Part shown: one piece after another, positions 1-11,798 of the stretch | Layout: the number at the start of each line of letters is the position of its first letter | Numbering within the stretch: position 1 is the first letter of the stretch | Assembly: GCA_008632985.1 (NCBI GenBank) | Contig: QPGO01000123.1 | Location: forward strand, 124,001 to 188,000 | Source of the DNA: Psammoneis japonica | Lineage: Eukaryota | Reading direction: 5' to 3' | Length of the DNA: 64,000 nt | The notes under the pieces: model-generated | Seen by the model: the letters and a program-made list of their open reading frames with translations, nothing else | Database searches by the model: none | Told to the model about the DNA's origin: nothing | Translations under genes and position numbers: made by a program

Positions 1-430
1 TGTCAAAATCTCCATGTCAAGCAGCAAGTGCTGGCCAGCTCCATGCACAGCCACCACCAGTGTCACCTGGGCTCGTGCTGTGCAGCCCAGTGCCACGAGA
101 GCACCCCGCACTGCCATCGCGCCACGGTCGTGTGACACGTGCCTGCCACTGCGGTGCACCATGACGTGTGCCGCAGCCAATTCAACTCCCCATGCCCAAC
201 TCCCCACTGCAGCAACCAGGAGGGTGCTGCGGTGCTGTGCATGGGGGTTGCACCCACAGATCCACTAACTTGGACACACAGCAGAGTGGATCATCATCTG
301 GGTTCTCCACCAGCAGATTGCACGTTGCCGCGCACCACGTGGTGAAGACCTCCCCACAGGCTGTGGGGAGAACCCAGGCAGTGATTGCCACTGTCTGGAA
401 CAAGTTGAACAAGTTAGAAAAGACGGCGTT
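1..430. other. TpA-depleted hypermutated relic (truncated by window start), original identity unrecognisable
   Basis: Almost no TA dinucleotides, excess TG/CA, overlapping His/Cys-rich junk ORFs; boundaries approximate. Confidence 0.65.
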
Positions 431-624
431 GGCATGATGATTATGCCACGGTTGGAGAAATTCAAATTTTGTTTCGTGTCTTGTACCAAGTTCCCAGTAG
501 CTTCTACACACCGGCCCAAAATTGTCGAGATGATGAATGTGACTTTTTCGTACACAGCCTACGCGCTCGCTCGCGCCCGTTTTTCGATCTGTGCACTCGA
601 AAATCGAAAAGCATCGCGTTGACC

Positions 625-3248
625 ATGGCAACTAGCAGCCGCCCCCGTAGCACTGACAACGATGGTGACAGAGGGCAACCAACCAAGAAGAAGAGGACCG
701 ATTAGGCTCGTTCTCCAGGTGCTAGTGACCCAGTGATCTCACTGTCACAAGTTGCTGTCAGTCCTTCGAATGTAGCGACGTCACCTCATGATGCAGCTGC
801 TCCGGAGTCGCTTGAAGCAGTTCTGAAATATGCTCGCGACGTCGTTACAGCCAATTTCACAGAGGCTGACTTTGTGGTGGAACTCATCGAATTGGTCCTA
901 AGAAAATGGTATGACAAGTGCTCGAACGGCCAGGATACGGACGAACAGAAAAGATTCGTAAAGTCTCTAGCGGGATTCGAAGACACAAAAATCCAAGAGT
1001 CGATAAGAAAATCAATGCTTTGGTGGAGTATGAAAAGGGCCGCGTCGAAGTGGACAAATGCGAATTGCTGCATAAGTTGAGGACGTGGCACCTCGGCGAT
1101 GGTAGGTGCTCGCATGGTCCACCATTTCACTGCGGATTCTGTAACTACTTTATCGATTGTGCAGATACAGACAAAACAAACCGGAAAAAGATAAATGACG
1201 TTTGCCTGGAATATAAACACACATTGAATGAGAAGAGGAAAGTCTCGTTTCGTCACGTGCAAGCGGATGTTTCAGAAATGGTGAAATCAATATCCTCGAT
1301 CGTAACCCGTGACGATCTGATCAATTGAGAAACCCAGGGACTGAAAATCGTTGGTCCGTATTCGACAAGATTGTTACTGCGTATTTCGACACAGATAAGG
1401 CAAAAGCAATGAAGCCTGAATGGCGAGCATTTGCTCGCGAGTAAGTTTCCGTCTTGGTCGTTGTTGAAGTGAATTGGGACCAAACTGACTTATCCTTGTT
1501 TTCATCAGGTATCTTCGAACGCTTCGCAAATTCTGCAACCGTGATATTGTCCCAACTGAGAACGAAGGTAGTGAACGCGACATCGACCTTCACATTACTA
1601 CGATTTTGATACGGCACTAGAGCTATATGAAATGATGTTCCACTGTGGCGAATACAGTAGCTGTGCAAAGAAGGAGGTTGACCAAATGCGAAGAAACCTC
1701 GATGGCATCGTCAAGGCTGATAATAAGAATGATGTAGCGTTCTTTGAGAATAGTCTTCGAATGGATCCAAACACACAGATATATCATTCGAATGAAGATG
1801 ATGGAAAATTGCGACGTCAATGCATCGCTCGTGTCAAAGAGACTCGAAAGACGGGCGCTTCATTAGTAATTGATCCGGTTGCTGTGCAATTAGCCCGAGA
1901 GGAAAATGGCGAGGCCATCTCATCGGGATATTCCTTGAAGGTTCATCAAATGGTGGTCGGTCAAAGTGGCATTCTTGAATGGCACAAGCTTGCCGAGACC
2001 GAGTTGGTCTTTGGTATCTTCGAGAACGGGTCCCTGGATTCTTTCAATAACATGATTGTTCTTTTTGTGACAATTGCCAGGTACTTATCAGAGAAAACAA
2101 ACTGGACTTCGGAACGAGACGCCACGAAACTCACGAGCATCGCAAATAGCAAGACACCGAGCAAAAGCGCAAGCAAGAATGGAAACCCACCCAAGACGTG
2201 CGCACAAAGCGAGAGAGATGACAAGGAAAATACTGGTGATCGCGAAGTGAATTCGAACTGTCAGGATGGTCGACATGTGAGTCATATGCTCAACGCGTCG
2301 GGATTATCGATTGACAAAAACGTGAAGGGAGGCGGGTCATCAGGGTTTATCTTCTTTGGTACAGACAAAGCGCTCGGAGGTGTGAAGGTGGCAGTGAAGC
2401 GGTTCATGCAGGCCGATCGCTTCTGTGAGGAAGTGGCAGCTCTTCATCTACTTGCAAGGTTTGGCTGCGACCAGGTCTCGAAGATGTTTTATACCTTCAA
2501 GGACGCGCGCTTTTTCAACTTGGTGATGCCTCGCTACGTCGAGGTTGACTTTGCAGCCATCAAGGCTGATCCGGGACAAACCATTTCATTTATCCGTGAG
2601 GCGTGCAGGATTGTCGATACAATTCACAACAGTGCGGGCATTGCACACGGCGACATCAAGCCTGATGCTTTTATGCGAGATCCCTCTGGGCGACTGGTTT
2701 TGACAGACTTTGATCTATGGGGTCACATCGAGAAGCGAGTCGTTGATGGTGATTTTCACGGTACTCCTGGGTGGATATTCGACGGCAGTCCTGGTTCGTG
2801 CTTCCGTGACGGGGACCTTTTGTGTTTGGGAAGTTCCATTGGATGGTTGATCGGAGTGGAGGAATGCGGTTTCGATTTGTGCGATCATGCGGGACTTGTT
2901 TTGTCTGTTGACGAGTTCCTCGCAAAGCACACCGTCACAGGTGGGTACAGCGGCGAGAATGAGGACCTGATGTACCGTATCGGTCGCTTTGTTCGGGCTC
3001 TCATTCTACTTGAAGCGGCGACGGCAGTTGGCACGCTCCTGATTGGTTTCGAGAGATTCCTTTCTGTCGCCCCCCTGGCCTCATCTTTGTCCCAATCCCA
3101 GAAGGTCAAACCAGGTGATGCCGAAGCACCTGGAAACAAGAGATCATTTGATGATTCGTCCCATGTGTCCCAGGAGAAGAACGATCAAGTTTCAGGCACC
3201 ATCACCTCGGGCCTCCACCACATAAGAAAGGTGCCCATTCTCTTCTAG
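625..3248 (+). pseudogene. Disrupted large gene with C-terminal Ser/Thr protein-kinase-like domain
   Basis: ORF 1632-3248 has GGGSSG, VAVK, HGDIKP, TDFD and GTPGW kinase motifs. Upstream coding-like sequence from ATG 625 is broken by TAG 703, a frameshift near 1000 and TGA 1326. Confidence 0.7.
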
Positions 3249-3679
3249 ACGCAAAGAAGGTCAGGGAGAGGACGACCTTGTCTCAACAAAACTAAGTTTG
3301 CAAGTGACAACAACCATCTGTCCTATGTGTTTGTCCTATCCTCAGTGCTGCTGTATTCGTACGGTAGGGATGGATTCATAACCGGCAAGAAATACAGCCT
3401 ATTCGTGGAAGCTGATAGTAAAACAATGCCGGGAAAAATATGTTATAACGCAGACCATTCTGGCAATGCCATTCATCCATTCCCTAGAATGCTACCTAGG
3501 ATTTGCAATGCTCGAGTCTTTGGGAGCATGCCTCCACTCAGTACGGTCGTTCGATCTACAGAGAAAATGCATCACTCTGTATTTGGGTCTTGTCGTCGTG
3601 TGTCATTATCACCGGATTTGAAGCTTTTGTTCTTTGTTTCAACACTGTCTTTAGCTTGATCGATTTTGCATGCACTTAG

Positions 3680-4540
3680 ATGCGCCCAGCCAGGCTCTAC
3701 TCTCTGGCTGGCTCTCTCCCTCTCTCAACTGTGAAGGTAGAGGGGAAAATGCAACTCGGGGAGCAACCATGTGGAGTCTCCAGCAACACTTCTCCCACGG
3801 AGCGGGATCAAAACTGGTGCCGTGCTCACAGCACTCAGCTTCAAGTTGAGGAGCTCTTTTGCACCTTGCGCCATGGCATCATCAATCGCCAATTTATCTT
3901 GCTGATGCCACCCTGTTTCCAATGCATCATTGCCCATCCTTCATTTGTTTGGAAGCAAGAAAGGCATTCTGCACTCAGCATTGAAGCAGCAGCCACTCCA
4001 TCGCAATGCAAATCAAACATCGCAACAGGTGCAAGAGTGCTGTGCTGAAGGGCACATTGGCTCCAATGATTCTGCCTGCTCAGAAGTGCAACATGTGACA
4101 GCAATGGTGCTGACAATGCAGACATCCTGCACGTGAATTGTTGCAATGAAATTTCATTTGTGACATGTTTCCTGGTGGTGCACAGCATTTGATGTTGAGA
4201 GGCATTGCACCCCTCCCCAAGGAAAGGCCATCAGTCCTCCACATCAGAAACATTTCCAGAGCATTGGAAGCAATGCACACATGCTTTGCATCAGTGGAGA
4301 AATCAAGACCAGTTGGGTCACCAGATGCATCAGTGTCCCCCCCAAACACAAAAAAATGAAAAAGATGCAACAAACCACGAGGCTTTCAGCACACTCAAAA
4401 GGGCGGCCCCAAGCCCCATGAAGTTGATGGGTTTCTCACCCTGTGTCCTCCAAGCGGGGTGTGCTGGAAGTGTGGGTTGGCCAGCGCCGGTGTTGCTGGG
4501 CAAAGGTGTGACAGCACTTAACAGTTTCCTCCCGAACGTG
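3680..4540. other. TpA/CpG-depleted hypermutated relic
   Basis: TA and CG nearly absent; abrupt return to TA-rich DNA at ~4545. Confidence 0.75.
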
Positions 4541-5159
4541 TTTTTTGTATTCAACGGAAATAATAATCTAAAATCATATAAGAAAATTGTGCTTTTATAT
4601 ACGCATAAATCTCCTATTCAATTAGTCCGTCTCTTCAATGACTGTGTCTACGAGCTGTTACAGCATGTGCTTGGTGGTTGTCTCTTATTGCTCTACATGT
4701 GGAGTAGACATTGTTGCTTCGTCTCCGATGATTGATCACTTAGGATGCAGACACTAGCCTACTCGTTCATTCCCCTAAATGTTGGCGCGAACTGGCGACA
4801 GAGAGACAAACACACACGGAGCTCTACGTACGTAGAGGACCAATTTTAGCGATGACTTTGCCCCCATTTAACTTCTGTCAAAATGGGTACCTTCCATAGC
4901 CATGGGCTATTCCGTAGGATCAATTAGGTTCTAACTCTACTGTTCGACACTAATGGCATGACCCTGCATCTACATCTGATGTGTCTACCGCCCTAAACTA
5001 GGCACTGTCATTTCGTATTTAATTTGGACATGCTTCAATACGAAATTGTTCATCTAAGAAATATATCTTTGAATAATGACTACAAGCTTTGTATACGTAA
5101 AATATAAAAATTAAATACAAAATGTAGTCATTTGTAGTCACTCGGGAGGAAACGGAATG

Positions 5160-5700
5160 ATTGATTTTGGTTTTTTTTATCGGGCTCTCTTTGTCAGCTG
5201 CCCTCTTTGTTGTTGAATGGCCCAAACATCTCATTGCATCTGTTTCAGTGTGGCAAGCAACATTGGAATCTTGCTGGTCATGCAAGCCACCCCATCACAA
5301 ATGTCCACTCCTTCTGTTCCCTCATGACATGCCTTTTTTGCATTGAGCTGAGCTGCCCCAAACTCATCTGTCCAAGAAAAGCTCCCAACTGCACCACCCA
5401 ACAGGCCATCAAGGTCATCAGATTGCAACAAAAGCGGGAACTCTCTGTGAGAAAAAAGTGCTGTTTTTCTTGCACAGCAAGTTTGTGCAGCCCCCAGTGC
5501 TCAGCGCTTCTGTGTGACCGCTTCTGCATCTGGAGCATGTTGAGCTGCTGCTGGTCCATGCAACCGATCTGTCGTCGTGCGCAAAACTTTGGATCACTGG
5601 CATTTCCACTGCTGTGTGCAGCATGCCCAAGGAATTCACCAGCTTTTTCACCCAAATGTGTTGGCCTTGGAGGCAGCTGATGGTTTTTGAATTCTGACCT
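5160..5700. other. TpA/CpG-depleted hypermutated relic
   Basis: TA and CG nearly absent between a TA-rich 3' region and the CpG-rich YKT6 promoter. Confidence 0.7.
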
Positions 5701-6018
5701 CGTCGTTGGAAAAGCACCAGAAGCAGCGCAATCGGTTAGCGATTGATTTTGGGTGGATGGGCCGCTATGCGCATTCGCGCAAAGCAACCCAGATTTTGAA
5801 AGGCACGAAGTCCAATTGGCTAAAAGTTGCGTGAAAGCGAATGCGCGACTGCGCGCGAGACCAGCCATGGAAGGAACGTGCGTCCGCCCATCCGTCCATC
5901 GACGGTCCGACGTCAGCAGATTTTTCAGAACGTCGTCAGTGCAGTCTCGCGGGACACAGACGACACACTGTTTTTTCGATCGACGACCCACAAAGCAAGA
6001 ACAAACTCCACAACAACC

Positions 6019-6812
6019 ATGAAGGTTGTCGGAATCTCCATTCTTCGCACAGGTCCAGACCTTAATGAACCGATTCCCTTGACGTCGGCGTGTGATTTGT
6101 CTTCGTATGGCTTTTTTCAGCGACAGGTGAGAAAATCAACAACAAATAATTATTTTCGGAACCGCTGCGTGCATTGGCCCTACGTTGTTTCTACGTAGAC
6201 ACTGGTACACGCGCTTGCGCAGCGTGATTCCGAAAATGCCTTTTTTTTCTGACAATGCCGTTTCTTCTATCTCTCTCTCTCTCTTCCAACACAATACTAT
6301 ATCACTCACACTCTCACAGACGGTCAAGGAGACTCTACGTTTCTGTCTAAAACCTTTAGTAAACGCACGGAACCCGGTCAGAGGCAGTCCATTACACACG
6401 AGGGACATGTCGTTCACTGTTATGTTCGATCGGACGGCTTGGGCGGGACCGTCACGACGGATTTGGAATACCCCGCCCGCGTTGCCTTTGTCTTGTTGGG
6501 CAATTGTTGGATGAATTCACAACGACGATTGGTGATTCGTGGAAGACCGTCACGACACCGGACAGTGTTGCCTTTCCGCCGATTGAAGAGTATTTGCAGA
6601 AATACCAAAACCCGGCGGAAGCCGATAAGGTGACCAAGATTCAGAATGATTTGGATGAAACGACAAGTATATTGCACAAGACTATAGATAGTGTGTTGGA
6701 ACGAGGTGTCAAGCTGGATAATTTGGTGGAGAGGAGTGATGACTTGTCGAGGCAATCCAAAATGTTTTACAAACAAGCAAAGAAGACAAACAGTTGTTGT
6801 GTGGTGTCTTAG
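6019..6812 (+). CDS. YKT6: R-SNARE Ykt6 (longin + SNARE + CCxxS prenylation motif); intron 6127-6319; two apparent 1-nt frameshifts
   Basis: DLSSYGFFQRQ, EYPARVAF, YQNPAEADK, LERGVKLDNLVERSDDLS, FYKQAKKTNSCCVVS. GT..AG intron. Frame restored by +1 nt near 6343 and near 6500. Confidence 0.93.
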
Positions 6813-6890
6813 AGGTTGCTATAGAGCGATGCAGCTGTTTTTTTTTTAATTATGGTTCTTTCAATTTTATGAATTATCGAATCGATTTTG

Positions 6891-8555
6891 CTATTTTCCG
6901 ATGGGGAGGAAACTGTGTGAGCACATTGCTTCAGCGGCAATGTCGGCTTTTGTGAGTGCACTATCTCGTGCACGAGATCCTCCCGCTCTTTCTACATCGT
7001 TGGTTGTAGCTTTGTCTACATCTTGTCTTGATAGATTCTGTTTTGTGCTGTATGAAATGATTCTGGGCTCGCCTACATTGCGGAGCTCTTGTAGCTTTGT
7101 TTTTCCATTCTTGCTCAGAAACACGCGTCTCTGAAACGGAACAAACAGAAATCCGTCCTCTGTAGTCTCTCTGCAAACTCCATCAAGATGTTGAGCCAGA
7201 TTCATCGGTACACCCACACCCAATTCATTCTGTGCTGATACAACATTGTTTTGTACCATCCACTCCAACGTGTTTGCGATACTGCAGAGTCGTCCGTGAA
7301 TCGTATGAACGTATTCCACACTCGTCATACCGCCGTCGCCTCTACCACACTTTGTTTTGCATCCCCGAGAAACATAATCCAAGAGGTTGGACACAAAGCC
7401 CAACTCTAAAAATGATTTAGAAACGGGCAAATATCCCTCAATTACGATACGACTGGCTTCATACGGCAAGAGCCAATCGGGTGGGATGGCTTTGCATCGC
7501 AGCAACAACAACGGATTCGTCGTCGTCGTGATGTTGCCTGCTTGATGCAGCAAGTAGTCGTTGCACTTTATTGAATCAAGAAGCAGTGATTGATGAAATG
7601 TCATGATTTTCTGCACCATGTCGTTTTGGACTTTGCGAGACATGATAATGTTGGAAACCGCAAGGCTGAACACTTCCACTTGGTTGAGATCGCGAGCTCG
7701 ATCTATCCACAGTGAAGCTTTCTTTTTCTTTTTGGGTTGTTGTTGCTTGGAGGCACTATTAACCCTTGTCGTACAGACAAAGGAGAGTGGCAATTGCCTG
7801 TCAAAATACGTCTTGTTTCTGTGCAAGAGCGAAAATATTAAAAGAGGTGGAGCCTTGACTGCTGCATCTTTATCAGTTTTGCAAACGTTGCAATCCCGCG
7901 GAGGACAGCCCAACAGAGAGTGTGCCAGTGATTTCGAAATGTCGACAGAATAGGGCAAGCTGACGAGCTGACATGCTGAATTCTGGTTCTCAGCCTTTGG
8001 TTTCAATAAATAAGCGGTGCTGGCAATCGATATTGCTCTGGATAGAGCTGCGCCAATGCCCGTCAAAACAGCGACTCTACCACCGAGCTCCAAGTTTTCA
8101 TATCCCCCAATGCAGTACAGAGGGTCTAAAACAACTTCACTGCTTTCATCTTTTTCTTGATGTGATGCTTCAATTTCAAAACCGTGATCTAACGCTTTGC
8201 TGTCAACGTAGTTTGCTATTCTGGGCAAGGAAACATCAGTTTCATCCACAATTTCATTCAGTTGTCGCTCCAACTCAGGAATTACTTTTGACCGGAGTTC
8301 CTTGATTTCTCTTTTATCGTCTTCTTTACTATTGGTGTCTGTTTTGTCTGGCGCCAAGGAACGTTGCAACGACTTTAGTCGAGCTCGAGCATGATTGAGC
8401 TGGAACAAGACCCTCCGTCGTTCCGTATCCAGCGTTTGAAGCCGAACGAGGAGTTCGTGATCGCTGCTTCTGTACCGAAGTTCTTGCCATTGTTTCACTT
8501 CTTCCAAGATGCCGCCTTCCTCAGAAGGTCTGAGCAGCTCCAGGTCCAAGGGCAT
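6891..8555 (-). CDS. Seryl-tRNA-synthetase-like protein with degenerate catalytic motifs
   Basis: MPLDLELLR start, coiled-coil arm, IEGYLP..ELGFVSNLLDYVSR and YVHTIHGRLC match SerRS layout; motif 2 and motif 3 arginines not recognisable. Confidence 0.75.
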   Translation of the reverse strand: MPLDLELLRPSEEGGILEEVKQWQELRYRSSDHELLVRLQTLDTERRRVLFQLNHARARLKSLQRSLAPDKTDTNSKEDDKREIKELRSKVIPELERQLNEIVDETDVSLPRIANYVDSKALDHGFEIEASHQEKDESSEVVLDPLYCIGGYENLELGGRVAVLTGIGAALSRAISIASTAYLLKPKAENQNSACQLVSLPYSVDISKSLAHSLLGCPPRDCNVCKTDKDAAVKAPPLLIFSLLHRNKTYFDRQLPLSFVCTTRVNSASKQQQPKKKKKASLWIDRARDLNQVEVFSLAVSNIIMSRKVQNDMVQKIMTFHQSLLLDSIKCNDYLLHQAGNITTTTNPLLLLRCKAIPPDWLLPYEASRIVIEGYLPVSKSFLELGFVSNLLDYVSRGCKTKCGRGDGGMTSVEYVHTIHGRLCSIANTLEWMVQNNVVSAQNELGVGVPMNLAQHLDGVCRETTEDGFLFVPFQRRVFLSKNGKTKLQELRNVGEPRIISYSTKQNLSRQDVDKATTNDVERAGGSRARDSALTKADIAAEAMCSHSFLPIGK

Positions 8556-8759
8556 GGTTGATGGTTGGTTGCATTGGCGCGGATGCCTTGCGATGGCTTG
8601 ATGACGATTGGCGAGATACAGTAGCAAGAATCTTTTCGAAAACAGCCAGAAAAGCAAGTTTTTGCTCATTTTCATTACCATTTTTTTAGAAATAGAGGAA
8701 AATCGACCATCTTGAGAAAAAAGCCTAAATTTTTACAAGAACAACGTGTTTACGTACGT

Positions 8760-10200
8760 TTTCTGTGCCATGCCGGTGTCTGTCAGTCCTCGACACTGGA
8801 GAAACACCAAGCTCGCAGCCAGCACCAATCACACCGCCTCTCTCCCCAATGGGCCATCCAAACACTTGGCTACAACATCGTTCATCATCTCTCCATGCAC
8901 ACCCATTGATTTGCTTCCTTTCTCCACACTTCTTGACTCATCTTCTTCCACTCCCTCGTCCTCCACCCAAACACCCCACATCCTGCCTGCACCGCCAGTT
9001 CTGCTCCCCCGCTGGCAAAAGATGCCATGTTTGTGCCCAAGAAGACTGGCTCAAGCAAGCGTGTCAGAAAGGCAGAGACCCACTTTCTCACAAGGGCTGC
9101 CAAACTGGGGCCAAGCATGGAGATGATGGCGTTCACATCCAACCCATTGATGCCAGTGCAAGCTTCCACTTTTGTCATGCTCTTGCCAGATTTGGGAGAG
9201 CTGCCCCGGCCAAAAGCTGATGTGCTGAACCATGTTGTCAGCAAAGCTTGCACTGTTGGCACATTCTGCTTGTCTGAAGCAGATGTGAACAAGATTGTGA
9301 AATGAGCAATCATGGAGATGTTCTGGAATCTTCAGGTGCCCAAAAGGTGGCGACACTTTTGCCAAGTGCAAGCAACCTGTCATGTGTGGTGAGGACCAGC
9401 AGTGTGCACATGTGCACCATTTCCAGAGTTTGCACTCCATTTGCCATGTTGATGCACTTGTGAAAGGGGTGGCAGATTTGCTGGTTGAACAACAAGGCAA
9501 GCAAAACAGCTGAGAAAACTTTTCAGCACATGATGTGTGCGCCATTCCAGCAAAGCAAAGTCACAATTCAGGGAGCACACCAGAGGGTGCAGCAGGAGCT
9601 GTGGGTGTGGAAGATTTGAACAAGCCTCCTCTCTGCTGCTGCCTCTCCCTCCTGGCCAGGGTCAAGCTCTTGCGCACTTGCAAGAAAGTGCTGACAATGT
9701 GGCATCAGATGTGGGTGCGGGAAATTGGACAAGATGATTTGTGAATTTCATGGCATGACCATCATGGAATGGGGGATGACAAGCCACTTCCTCCTTGGCA
9801 CTGGAGTCCATGAATGAGAAGATGGTGCTTGCTGAGCAAGGTGCGCTGAAGAAGCCTCGTTCTGCATTGAGCCCAAACTGCCTCTGCTTGGAAAATTGTC
9901 CACCATTTGACAGCTTGCAATTTGATCTGTCCATCGCTTGTGCCCTTTAGAATTGTGTTTGTGGGAAGATCTTGGACATGGTGCTGAGACAAAACATTCC
10001 ATGTTTCTGGTGGTGCAAAACGAGCTGTCAGCGTGTTGAAGTTTTATTTTTTGCGGACCCTCAACATGAAGTTTGTAACATGAAGAGCAGATGTGAAAAA
10101 AAGTGCACTTGCACCTTCCCCTGGTGGCCGAGGCCATTTGCACTGTGCAAGTCATGGGTCAAAAAGCCTCACTGATGCCATGTTTTCAAACTCAAAAAAG
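8760..10200. other. TpA/CpG-depleted hypermutated relic (probable decayed TE or gene copy)
   Basis: ~1.4 kb with essentially no TA and few CG; ORFs end in TGA. Confidence 0.8.
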
Positions 10201-10547
10201 AACGTATTCAGATTTGAAGGCAGCATAGCAGACACTGAGGAATGACTACATGGCTAAAGGAATTCGCCATGGCGATGCAGCATGGCAGAACGTCGGTGCA
10301 CATTGTGACAAGGGCCAAACAAAAGCTGCTGTATTCAACATGCAGAGAGTAGAGTGTGTTGAGAAGCAAGAAGACTTGGTAACACCTGCGATAGAGTCTC
10401 TTCAACAAAAATTGACTGACGAAGGAAAGTAAGGCATTGGAAGGGCGAAGGGCCTTGTGATTATTGTGTCTCTCATATAGCTAGCTAGAGTGTCGTCTTC
10501 ACTTAAACTGGCATTCCCTTTTTCTCCCCCATCATCCACTTGCGCCC

Positions 10548-11420
10548 CTACGCCCTTGTTTGTTCTTGCAATCGAACATAAGCTTGTAAGGTACACCACG
10601 CATCCAACGCAGCGTATTGTCTGTCCTGCAGTGTCAGGTCATAAATCGATCGTAAAGGCGGTGCCTTGCCCTGTTCAATTCTAACAAAGCGTCCCACGTC
10701 TTTTAATCTCTTGTTTGATGACCGCGATGGTTTGACGATGCGAACCTTTAATTCAGGCATGACAAGGGTGACGATGCGCGAGACGCCTCTTGCCACCTTG
10801 ACGGGTCCCATAAATTTAGCACAAATGACTTCCAAATCAACAATGTGGCCAATGGTCAAGTCATTTGGGATTTCTGTAATCCCCAAGCAGATCTTGTCCT
10901 TGTGAGAAAAGTTGTCACAAAATACCTTTGCAATGCTCGAGTCCGACAAGAGTCGTTTTAAATCGTTGGAGAGCCGACCATTTCTTGGTGCTTCCAGAAT
11001 AGAATACTCACAAGTTGCAATCTGCACCAAGACTGGTGGAGATATGTTGTTCCCTTCAGTGTCAATTCCAACAGCGACAGGTTTATGTTTCCAAAAATAG
11101 TCCCAGTTTTCCTTGTTTGATTCGTACACGTCAATCGGCTGCGGAAAAACCTCGGTAAGTTCTTTGTTGGGTTTGGCTTCTTCTCTAGCAATGTCATCTC
11201 GTAAGCCTTCCAACGCCACTGCAGAGGCTGCGGCAATTCCTTTTTTGCGACCCGCCAATGAATCATCACTTTGGTCGTCCGAGACAAAACGTCGGTCATC
11301 GCCTAGTCCCACAATCATGGTGCACGTCCATTTGCCACCGTCTCTTTCATCCTTTGCAAACTCGGCACTCCATCCATAGCGTTGGCAAACCTTTTGAGCA
11401 AGCTCTTGTGTGGGACCCAT
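10548..11420 (-). CDS. DEDDy 3'-5' exonuclease (WRN/EXD-like) with N-terminal dsRBD-like domain
   Basis: ExoI VGIDTEG, LVQIAT, ExoIII YAALDAW; N-terminus CQRYGW..WTCTMIV..KKGIAAASAVALEGL resembles a dsRBD. Confidence 0.8.
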   Translation of the reverse strand: MGPTQELAQKVCQRYGWSAEFAKDERDGGKWTCTMIVGLGDDRRFVSDDQSDDSLAGRKKGIAAASAVALEGLRDDIAREEAKPNKELTEVFPQPIDVYESNKENWDYFWKHKPVAVGIDTEGNNISPPVLVQIATCEYSILEAPRNGRLSNDLKRLLSDSSIAKVFCDNFSHKDKICLGITEIPNDLTIGHIVDLEVICAKFMGPVKVARGVSRIVTLVMPELKVRIVKPSRSSNKRLKDVGRFVRIEQGKAPPLRSIYDLTLQDRQYAALDAWCTLQAYVRLQEQTRA

Positions 11421-11798
11421 AATACCGAGTGAATCACACCACGTGTATCAAGCGCCACACGGTCCCCGGTGGATCAAGGGGTAGCGATGTTTGGACAGGG
11501 ATCATTCATGCACTGCCGTTGGCCGTTGGAAACCAAAATTTGCCTCGCCCTGTTCAGTCGTGTCTTGGTCGTGTTGTTCTCACTGACATAATTGAATGTT
11601 GAAATTTTGTCGATTATTTTATGTATCTTTAAAAATAACATAAATATGTAGGGCTATACGTATCACGAATGATCGTGAGTGCGTGCGTATGGCCAACCCG
11701 CGAAACGAGTCGTCCTTTGAAAAGCGCGACCGCCATTTGAAAAATCGTTTCCAACCGACGACTCATCACCGGGTAACAAGAACCAAACCAAGCAATAT

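Noticed and set aside
4822..4837. 16-bp perfect palindrome ctctacgtacgtagag
   Set aside because: A single short palindrome with no supporting element structure; it could be a footprint but this cannot be supported.
6320..6520. Frameshifts in YKT6 (also GH5, CUE and GT genes) as programmed frameshifting or pseudogenisation
   Set aside because: Isolated 1-nt indels, mostly in short homopolymers of otherwise conserved genes; uncorrected assembly errors are more likely.
8751..10206. TACGTT..AACGTA ends as Tc1/mariner TIRs with TA TSD
   Set aside because: The match is only ~6-8 bp and no transposase motif is recognisable inside.
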